A stretch of 64,000 bases of DNA, taken from contig CAVVUS010000019.1 in the NCBI GenBank assembly GCA_963751345.1, positions 1-64,000 on the forward strand, given 5' to 3'. Below the pieces are notes generated by a model. The model was not told the origin of the DNA. It saw only the letters and a program-made list of their open reading frames with translations, and did no database searches. A program made the translations under genes and the position numbers. Origin of the DNA: an uncultured Chloroflexia bacterium (lineage in GTDB: Bacteria > Chloroflexota > Anaerolineae > B4-G1 > SLSP01). Positions 20,881-28,977 of this stretch are shown here, piece after piece; positions within the stretch are counted from its first letter, which is position 1, and each line of letters starts with the position of its first letter.

Positions 20881-22126
20881 CTACCTCCCCACGGCGGCCT
20901 CAAACACCTCCGCGCCGTCATCCGTGCGCAGAGCGTAACGGTCGAGACAGGCGGGGATGAAGACCGAATCGCCGGTTCGGAGCTCTTCCTGACCATCGTG
21001 CCACGCCAGGTCGACCTAGCCCTTTCACCACCAATAGGATCGCGGGGCCGCCGGCATCCTCCATGACACGCTCGGTGTCGGCGGGGAGCGACCAGCGACG
21101 CATCTCGAACTCCGCCGCGGGCGTCTCGTAGACCGTGCACGCGTCGTCGACCCGATCGCCGGTCAGCACTTCGGGCGTGCGAGGTGTCGCGTCGACGATG
21201 CGCAGCAGCGTCTCGGCATCTCTGAACTTGGGCGTGAGGCCGACGCGGACAACATTGTCCGAGTTTGCCATGCACTCGATGATATTGCCCTTCAGGTAGG
21301 CGTGGGGCACGCCTGCCTGCGTGTAGAGCGCTTCGCCCGGTGCCAGGTGGGCGATGTTGAACAGGAAGAGGGCGAACAGGCCGACATCATCGTTGCCGTA
21401 CTTCCGGCGGAGTTCCAGGAAACGTCTCTCGGCCTCGCCCGGCTCTTCTTTCTGTTAGCCAGCCGTGCGGCGAGCGCGTCGACGGCGTGTCGATATGCTC
21501 GGGGTTCGCTGCGGCGTTCAGGATGAGCGCCGCGAGGACCGCCCGGACCCGCGCGGTCTGCTCCTCTGTGGACAGGTCTCCTGCCCCGGCGATCCGGCCT
21601 ACGACCTCGTCTCCCACGAAGTCCGCGATCTCAGGAGAGCGATCCAGCGTCGTCGCAAGATCGGCAAAAGGCTTGAACCCGATCAGCGCCGTCAATCCGT
21701 CGAGGGCAATGGCGATCTCGGGCTTGTGGTTGTCGTCAGGGTAATGTGCCGGGTCCTTCGCGTGGAGCGACTCCGCCTGGCGCTTCGTGGGGTGGGCCTG
21801 GATGGAGAGGGACTCGCCCGCCGACAGCACCTTGAAGAGGAAGGGTAGCCCGCCAAAGCGATCAAAGACCGCCTGTCCCAGCATAGCGATGGGATGCGCG
21901 GCAATCCACGCGTCCAGCGCTACACTGGTGCCGTCGGGCAGCTCGATCTGCGAGGGAGCCTTGGGGTGCGCCCCAAGCCACAGCTCGGCGTAGGAACGCC
22001 CGGTTCGGGGATCATACCGAGCAAGTGGGGAATGAACGCGTCGGCATCGCGCGTGCCCCACGCGTAGGTCTGTATCTGGTTGTGCATCCGGTACGGGCGC
22101 GGTGTCACGTCGGCGGTATCGGTCAT
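20881..22126 (-). CDS. manA: Mannose-6-phosphate isomerase, class I; frameshifted
   Basis: QTYAWG, YAELWLGAHP, LPFLFKVL, LSIQAHP, DDNHKPE, PHAYLKG, MANSDNVVRVGLTPK. Confidence 0.92.
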
Positions 22127-22197
22127 TGGCTGCTCCTTTGGCGATGTGTGTTCCGACCTATTGTAGCACAGTGGCGCGCAGGGTTCCCGGCATCATT

Positions 22198-22761
22198 CTA
22201 CGCCAGCAGTTCCCTCACGTCATCCAGTGGGATCATCGCGCGCCTTTCCGCGAGGTAGAAGCCTGCGCTCGACCATGGATATGTGTCCGCGCTGTCTGCC
22301 AACTGCCATTTCGGCTGTAGCGGATTGTTGTGAATGTAGGTGAGTTTCTGCATCAGGAACTCCGGCGTAAAGACGTTCTGGGCTTCATACTCATCTTCCC
22401 AGACGGCGTGCTGCTGCTTGGCAGGACGCTTGACGGCGGCTGCGCAGCGTTCCAGCGCTTGTGAGTTTCCCTCGGCTTCGAACTGCCGGAGGATCAGGTT
22501 TGAGGTTGCTTTCTTGTAGTCCCTGACGATGTCAGTTGGCGATATGTCGTTCAGAGGTTGGAGGATACAGTGGAGGTGATTGGGCATGATGACGAAGGCG
22601 TAGAGGCGGTAGCGGCCAAGCAACCGCCCGATGTGGAGGCTGTCCACCAGGATTCGCCTGGTGACGTCTCTGCGAAACAGGAGCTGCCCCTGGATGGCGC
22701 GTGTCGTGATGAAATAGAGGTGACCGGGGTTGACGTGAACTCGCCATTTGGCTGAGGGCAT
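22198..22761 (-). mobile_element. REP-associated tyrosine transposase (RAYT/TnpA-REP; IS200-like Y1 HUH nuclease)
   Basis: Intact 187-aa ORF after an AGGAG RBS. YFITT, AFVIMPNHLH (HUH), QKLTYIHNNP (catalytic Tyr), YPWSSA; adjacent hairpin array. Confidence 0.92.
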
Positions 22762-22829
22762 ATCGCATCTCCTGTAGAGATTGTGGAAGTCCATTGTAGG
22801 CGCGAAGCCGCTCGTGGCCAGCGGCGGTT

Positions 22830-24101
22830 GTTCCCAGCGGATGGGGGAAACGTATGGCTTGCAGCTCGACGAGCGTGCATATGCGACGTGTCTGCTGCGC
22901 TTCGGTGGGTGGCGCCTTGTCGCGGGCGGATCACAGATCCGCCCGGAACGGGCCGTCTGGCCGCCGCCGCGCTGGTTCCCCGCGGATCTGTGATCCGCGG
23001 GCGGATGCGGGTAACGGTGGCTTGCAGCTTGACGAGCGTGGGATATGCGACGTGTCTGCTGCGCTGCGGCGTGTGGCGCCTTGTCGCGGGCGGATCACAG
23101 ATCCGCCCGGAACGGGCCGTCTGGCCGCCGCCGCCGTTTGTTCCCCGCGGATCTGTGATCCGCGGGCGGATGCGGGTAACGGTGGCTTGCAGCTTGACGA
23201 GCGTGGGTATGCGACGTATCTCCTGCGCTGCGGCGGGTGGCGCCTTGTCGCGGGCGGATCACAGATCCGCCCGGAACGGGCCGTCTGGCCGCCGCCGCCG
23301 CTGGTTCCCCGCGGATCTGTGATCCGCGGGCGGATGCGGGTAACGGTGGCTTGCAGCTTGACGAGCGTGGGTATGCGACGTGTCTGCTGCGCTGCGGCGT
23401 GTGGCGCCTTGTCGCGGGCGGATCACAGATCCGCCCGGAACGGGCCGTCTGGCCGCCGCCGCCGCTTGTTCCCCGCGGATCTGTGATCCGCGGGCGGATG
23501 CGGGTAACGGTGGCTTGCAGCTTGACGAGCGTGGGTATGCGACGTGTCTGCTGCCCTGCGGTGGGTGGCGCCTTGTCGCGGGCGGATCACAGATCCGCCC
23601 GGAACGGGCCGTCTGGCCGCCGCCGCCGCTGGTTCCCCGCGGATCATGATCCGCGGGCGGATGCGGGTAACGGTGGCTTGCGGCTCGACGAGCGTGGGTA
23701 TGCGACGTATCTCCTTCGCTGCGGTGGGTGGCGCCTTGTCGCGGGCGGATCACAGATCCGCCCGGAACGGGCGGCTCGGGGCCGGCGCCGTCGCTGGTTC
23801 CCCGCGGATCTATGATCCGCGGGCGGATGCGGGTAACGGTGGCTTGCGGGTTGACGAGCGTGGGATATGCGACGTGTCTGCTGCGCTGCGGTGGGTGGCG
23901 CCTTGTCGCGGGCGGATCACAGATCCGCCCGGAACGGGCTGTCTGGGCCGCCGCCGCCGCTGGTTCCCCGCGGATCTATGATCCGCGGGCGGATGCGGGT
24001 AACGGTGACTGGCGGGTCGACGAGCGGGGATATGCGACGTGTCTGCTGCGCTGCGGCGGTGTGGCGTCTTGTCGCGGGCGGATCACAGATCCGCCCGGAA
24101 C
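22830..24101. repeat. Tandem array of eight ~164-bp units carrying inverted REP-like hairpins (BIME/REPIN-like)
   Basis: Hairpin A CGGGCGGATC-ACA-GATCCGCCCG-GAAC starts at 22923, 23087, 23251, 23415, 23579, 23742, 23909, 24075. Hairpin B GTTC-CCCGCGGATC-T(G/A)T-GATCCGCGGG follows the first seven (2-nt loop in unit 5). Confidence 0.97.
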
Positions 24102-24194
24102 AGATTGGCCGGGGGCTGGATCGGCACGGAACGGGCCGGCTGGGCGTCAATCCGCTCGGTATGCAGGGGCTGCAAATCGGCTATACTTGGGTGT

Positions 24195-24208
24195 AGAACA
24201 TACGTTCG
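24195..24208. promoter_or_regulatory. LexA-type SOS box (GAAC-N4-GTTC) next to a TATACT -10-like element
   Basis: AGAACATACGTTCG at 24195-24208; TATACT at 24182-24187. Confidence 0.65.
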
Positions 24209-24251
24209 GAACGACTTGAGACTGCACGGGTACGGGAGGGGGACGAAGAAG

Positions 24252-24497
24252 ATGGGAACTCTGTCTGGCCTGAACAGGCTCTGGATGCGGGCACACGCGG
24301 TCTATACCGTGGCGTTGCTGGCTATGAACCGGAATCGGTTGCCGCAGGGGTTTGACGCGTGGCTCCTGGCGCGGGCGACGATCGTGCGTCCTCCCGTTCG
24401 CCGCTTCTGGATCGTCGATACAGGGCATAGTCGAGGACCGCGCGCTGCTCTTCTACAGGCATCTCGCTTACGATCCCCAATAGTTCTCGGAGGGTGA
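24252..24497 (+). CDS. Possible small hypothetical protein (81 aa), antisense to the 3' part of the XRE-like gene
   Basis: ATG at 24252 after GGGAGG, downstream of the -10/LexA box. No recognisable domain. Confidence 0.3.
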   Translation: MGTLSGLNRLWMRAHAVYTVALLAMNRNRLPQGFDAWLLARATIVRPPVRRFWIVDTGHSRGPRAALLQASRLRSPIVLGG

Positions 24498-24763
24498 GAT
24501 TCGACGGCTCGCGGTCAGCCTCCGCCGCACGCTCCGGCACGACTATCGGAGTCGCGCGCAACTGCTTCGACCTCCTCAAACGTCAGGCCGAAGGCGGCGG
24601 CAATCGCCCGGATGACCGTGTCGGTGGGGGGCATGCCGCTCCGCTGCCGCCCGCTGATCGTATCGTTGCCGACGTCGCCGGCGCGCTCCACTTTCCGCAC
24701 CGAGCGAAAGCCCCGCCGGGCCATCTCCGCCTCGAACCACTGCCAGAACTGTCGAGCTGCCAT
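24322..24763 (-). CDS. XRE/Cro-CI-like helix-turn-helix regulator; frameshift near 24560
   Basis: GGAGG RBS; MAARQFWQWFEAEMARRGFRSVRKVERAGDVGNDTIS...PTDTVIRAIAAAFG HTH pattern; helical tail LRELLGIVSEMPVEEQRAVLDYALY in the next frame. Confidence 0.7.
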
Positions 24764-24837
24764 GTGATCTGTCCTCCGGGATGTCGAGATTCCCGACAGT
24801 AGGATACACGGGAAGCGACGCGAGACAAGGCTACCCC

Positions 24838-24926
24838 TGACGAGTGACGATTGACGAGGTGATCGGAACATTTGTGTCCGAAGCCGGCCACTTCGTGTCA
24901 ATCGTCACCGGTCACTCGTCACTCGT
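24838..24926. repeat. Inverted pair of heptamer tandem tracts (STRR-like)
   Basis: TGACGAG-TGACGAT-TGACGAG (24838-24858) faces GTGTCAA-TCGTCAC-CGGTCAC-TCGTCAC (24895-24922). Confidence 0.65.
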
Positions 24927-24931
24927 TTTCC

Positions 24932-25708
24932 TCAGAACACCCACGGGATCAGGATTTTGCGCTCCGGCGGATAGTCGGGGAAGGTCGCGTGGTACCAGCG
25001 GTGGTTGGCCACTGCGCGGGGCATCAGATTGGCAAAGGTGAAGAGGGCGAAGGCCCAGCCGGCTGCTGTGCCGCAGAGGATGGCCCACCCGATCCACTCG
25101 ACGATCTCACCCAGATAGTTGGGGCTGGACACGAAGCGAAAGAGCCCCCGCCTGGGGATGCCATAGCGGGCGCCGTTGCCGTTCTCGCGCAGGTCGCGGC
25201 GCAGGCCGCGGATGATCGCGTCCGACCAGATGTTGACCGCGAGCCCGCCGGCAAAGAGCAGCACGCCCACGATGGTGTGCACATTGAGCAGCGTCGCAGG
25301 TGCTCCCGTGGGCCGGGCCACGAAGAGCGCATACCCGTTGACGTAGCCGTTCATCAGGTTGAAGCTCAGCGCGAGGAGCGCCACCACGAGCGGGAAGCTT
25401 CTGCGAGAGCCGCGGAGCAGAGAAGGATAGATCAGGGTGCGGTAGACATAGTGGACCAGCCACACCGTCAGGAAGAACCAGCTTACGCTGCCGGCTGCCG
25501 CCGAATGGTGCGTGATGTACATCACGGGCATCACCATCAGCGCCGGGAGCTCCATCACCAGCCACGCGGTCCGGGAGTGCAGGACCGGCCCCCAATTTCC
25601 CTGGTGGTGGCGCCCATAGGGCGCGGTCACGAACAGAAGCACCGGCAGGACGATGCAGGCGAAGGCGAACTCGCTCACGAGCAGGTAGGTGTAGAGGGTG
25701 TCGGGCAT
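24932..25708 (-). CDS. 3-oxo-5-alpha-steroid 4-dehydrogenase (steroid 5-alpha-reductase) family membrane protein
   Basis: TAPYGRH, AWLVMELPA, HYVYR, SDAIIRGLR, YGIPRRGLF, PNYLGEIVEW, RAVANHRWY, LIPWVF. Confidence 0.92.
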   Translation of the reverse strand: MPDTLYTYLLVSEFAFACIVLPVLLFVTAPYGRHHQGNWGPVLHSRTAWLVMELPALMVMPVMYITHHSAAAGSVSWFFLTVWLVHYVYRTLIYPSLLRGSRRSFPLVVALLALSFNLMNGYVNGYALFVARPTGAPATLLNVHTIVGVLLFAGGLAVNIWSDAIIRGLRRDLRENGNGARYGIPRRGLFRFVSSPNYLGEIVEWIGWAILCGTAAGWAFALFTFANLMPRAVANHRWYHATFPDYPPERKILIPWVF

Positions 25709-25954
25709 TCACGCGATCATAGCACAAGCGCCCAAATGCGAAACAGCCGCAGGCGGCGGTTGCAGCCGCACTCCGATCAGGTATAGTGAGGGCGCTTGGA
25801 TATCTGTTGGGCGTAGGATGTGAAACGTCTCGACGGTATCATTCGCGAGAACGATAGTGGTGAGCTAGCGATATGGCGGATCGGCGGCGGCAGGCGGAAT
25901 CGTCCACCAGATTTGTGGCGCTCCGGTCTTTCGTTGCCCTGAGGAGGCGTAACC

Positions 25955-26538
25955 ATGAAACGCGCGATCTTCTACATTTCAGCAGCAACCGATCTCGGAC
26001 GAGGAACGAGAGCTACTGGGCCGGGCGGTGGTCGAGGTGCCGGTGGATCTGGGTTGGCGCGTGGTGCAGTCGCCTGCCGGCAACGGCCCTGTGGATCTGG
26101 ATGCCGTTGCGTCGGCGGGGGTTCACGTCCTGCTGATGGGCGCCGACATCCGTGCCCCGATCGGGCTCGAATGGCAGGTCGCGTGGCAGGCAGGACGATA
26201 TCCCATCGTCTATCTGAAGGATGGCATTCTCCGCACGCCCGCGGGGCAGGACTTCGTGAAGCTGGTGGCGGGCGTGCAGCGTTGGGAGCACTACGCGGAC
26301 GCCGCCGACCTGCAGCGCAAGGTGCTTCGTCGCCTCGCAGATCACGTCTTTGACCAGGCCGTGGCCTACGCACTCACGCCGGACGAGATCGCGGCACTCG
26401 TGGCCTGGCGCGACAAGCTGGCGACCGCGGTCCGAGGACGCGGACGAGGAAAAGGGCCGCGGTGCCGGCGACAGCAGCGTGCTGTTGTCGCGCCAACGGC
26501 TGGAGCCCCGCGGCGGCGTGGAGATTGGGAAGCGTTAG
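25955..26538 (+). CDS. Hypothetical protein with a DUF4062-like N-terminus; frameshifted
   Basis: GAGGAGG RBS; FYISAATDL..ERELL start continuing into ORFs 26028 and 26350-26538. Confidence 0.5.
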
Positions 26539-26597
26539 CACGTTGGAACGTTGGCGCGTTTGCACGTTCGGTCAGTCTGACGTGGGAGGCTCCAGAC

Positions 26598-27514
26598 GTG
26601 GAAACGTGGCAGCGCGATAGCGTGCCGCCCCCTTCCAAGGACGGCTTCTGGCGATACGCCGGAGGCATCCTGACCATACTTTTCTTCTGGCTGATCCTGG
26701 GATCGGCGCCGATCCTCGCGGCGTTCGCCTGGGCGGCGCTTGACGGGAACCCGGCGACGACGATCGATCCGGCCACGGGGATGCTGCTCGGCGTGGATCC
26801 CATCCTGGGCGGGTACTTGTTGCCCAACCTGACCTTTCCCATCTTTCTCCTGGGTATCTTTCCTCGCCGTGCGGGTCTTCCACGGCCGCGGGCTGCGCAC
26901 GCTGGTCACGCCGCGCCCCATCAGTTCATTGGCACCGCGTCTGGACCGGGTTTTGGCTCTGGTTGCTGTTGGCGGCGCTCGCGACCGGGTTGGAGATCGC
27001 GCTCTATCCGGCCGCCTTCTCGTGGCAGGGCGTGGGGGTGGGGCGCTACCTCGTGTTTGTCGTCCTGGCCCTGATCTTCACACCCTTGCAGACGTCGACA
27101 GAGGAGCTCTTCTTCCGCGGCTATTTGCTTCAGGCCACGAGAAGGGTGATCAGGGCGCGCTGGGCACTCATCATCGTCAACGGCGCGCTCTTCGCCGCGC
27201 CGCACTTCGCTAACCCCGAAGTCAGTCGGGGTCCGGCGCTCCTGATGGCCTACTACTTTCTCCTGGGCGCGCTCTTCGTGTGGATTACGCTGCGCGACGG
27301 GACGACGGAACTGGCGTTGGGCGCGCACGCCGCGAATAACCTCTTCGTGGCGCTGCTGATCAACTTCCAGGGCTCAGCGCTGCAGACGCCCGCGCTGGTG
27401 ATGTCGACGCGCTTCGATCCCGCGTTCAACCTGGCCACGTTTGCCGTTTCTGCGGTGATCTTCGTTGTGGTGGCGTTCTGGGGTAGGGGCCGGGGTCGCA
27501 CTCGGGCGACGTAG
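26598..27514 (+). CDS. CPBP (CAAX/Abi) intramembrane glutamic endopeptidase; frameshifted
   Basis: EELFFRGYL, FAAPH and HAANN motifs; multiple TM helices. Confidence 0.9.
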
Positions 27515-27684
27515 GGCGGCTTGGCCCGCCGCGGGGACACAGCGCCGCCCTTGCGAAGGCGGCGCGAGTCTGCTCTAGGCTTGAGCATTTGCGCAAGGTT
27601 TCGTGTGGCTCTGATTCTCAGGCCATGGTATCATAGTGTCTGAGAGGCCCGGTGTGCCGATTTCACGTGGCGGAGGGATGGCGA

Positions 27685-28680
27685 GTGGGACACAGGTGGA
27701 TGGGTGTGGTGCTTTCGGTGATGCTCTTGTTCATGGCGGCGTGTACCGTCGACGGGCGACCCGGTCAGCGGGCCGGCGACGTCGCCGTTGCCGACGCCCT
27801 AGTCCTTCATCGCTCCCCGATCCTCTGGCGACCCCCGAACCCCAGCCGCAGCCCGGCGAGGATGCGCTGTGGGCCGCCGTCAGCAGTTGGGTTTATCAGT
27901 TGTCGGGCTACAAGGATGACCGGCTCGACGAGATCGCGGGGTCGGCCTTCGACCTGGCGGTCATCGACCTCGCGCGCGACGGCAGTACCGATTTCTTCAC
28001 CCGGTCCGAGGTCGGGGCCGTTCAGGCGACGGGCAAGGTCGTCCTGGCCTACTTCGAGATCGGCGCGATCGAAGACTTACCGCCCCGAGTGGCCCGACGT
28101 CCCGTCTGACCTCAAGCTCGGCGCGGTCGCAGGCTGGCCTGACGAGCAGTACGTGGCCTACTGGGACGAGCGCTGGTGGCCCGTCGTCCAGGGGCGGATC
28201 GATCAGGCATTGGCCGCAGGTTTCGATGGTGCCTACCTGGACATGGTCGTGACCTACGAGGAGATCCCTGCCGGCGCGGCGGGGACGAACCGGGAGGACC
28301 TGGCGCGGCGGATGGTCGCCCTGCTGGCCAGAATCTCAACCTATGCCAAGTCCCGCGATCCGGACTTCAAGATCGTGCCCCAGAACGCACCGGAGCTCTA
28401 CGTCTATCCATCGTATCTCGACGCCATCGATGGCCTCGGGATGGAGGAACTCTGGTTCATGGCGACCGACCAGCGCTGCAGCGAGTCCTGGTGCGCAGAG
28501 AACCTGCAGGCCGCGAAAGCCGTAGGTGACGCGGGTAAGCTCGTGCTGACCGTCGATTACGCCACCCGCCCGGAGAACATCGCGCTCGCCTACCAGGCCT
28601 CTCGCGCAGCGGGATTCGTGCCGTACGTAACCGTCGTTGACCTCGATGTGATGCGCGTCAACGCCGGCTGGGATCCGTAG
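27685..28680 (+). CDS. Endo-alpha-1,4-polygalactosaminidase-like lipoprotein (GH114/TM1410 type); frameshifted
   Basis: Lipobox MAAC, WVYQL, DLAVID, AYFEIGAIE, GFDGAYLD, IVPQNA, LTVDY. Confidence 0.85.
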   Translation: MGHRWMGVVLSVMLLFMAACTVDGRPGQRAGDVAVADALVLHRSPILWRPPNPSRSPARMRCGPPSAVGFISCRATRMTGSTRSRGRPSTWRSSTSRATAVPISSPGPRSGPFRRRARSSWPTSRSARSKTYRPEWPDVPSDLKLGAVAGWPDEQYVAYWDERWWPVVQGRIDQALAAGFDGAYLDMVVTYEEIPAGAAGTNREDLARRMVALLARISTYAKSRDPDFKIVPQNAPELYVYPSYLDAIDGLGMEELWFMATDQRCSESWCAENLQAAKAVGDAGKLVLTVDYATRPENIALAYQASRAAGFVPYVTVVDLDVMRVNAGWDP

Positions 28681-28796
28681 GCAAGGGAGCTGGATGGTCT
28701 GTGCCGTTCCCGGCCCTTGGCGCCGGTACCGCCGTACGGGCGAGTCGACGCCCGCGTTCTGACATCCCGGCATCTCATCCCACGTCGCAGAGTAAT

Positions 28797-28825
28797 TTGA
28801 CAAACCCCCTCGACTATGCTATTCT
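28797..28825 (+). promoter_or_regulatory. Sigma70-type promoter of the subtilase gene
   Basis: TTGACA-N17-TATTCT with a TGn extended -10. Confidence 0.7.
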
Positions 28826-28977
28826 CAAGATGATTCGCGGTACTTCCATCGTACGGCATTGCAGATAGCATCGCTCCCGCGCTGACGACAAGACGTACGT
28901 GATCCGCGTGTGGCCATCCCCCTTCGGGTCGACCGGGTCCCAGCCCTTGATGAGAAGTCATCGAGAGGAGGTTGACG

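Noticed and set aside
22198-22794. IS200/IS605 insertion sequence with TnpB/IscB
   Set aside because: No RuvC nuclease gene or paired IS ends are visible, and the YIHNNP...WSS tail is RAYT-type. The longer start at 22794 lacks the RBS seen before 22761.
22830-24101. CRISPR or guide-RNA array interpretation of the tandem repeats
   Set aside because: The sequences between hairpins are near-identical copies rather than unique spacers, the period is ~164 bp, and no cas gene is present. The adjacent RAYT explains the array better.
22781-24219. Overlapping repetitive ORFs across the array
   Set aside because: They are translations of GC-rich repeats with a period mostly not divisible by 3, no RBS and no domain.
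24322-24763. Prophage
   Set aside because: Only a lone repressor-like gene; no integrase, terminase or structural genes in the window.
28826-28970. Riboswitch in the subtilase leader (also considered for 25790-25950)
   Set aside because: No conserved aptamer motif could be recognised by eye; an Rfam/Infernal scan would be needed.
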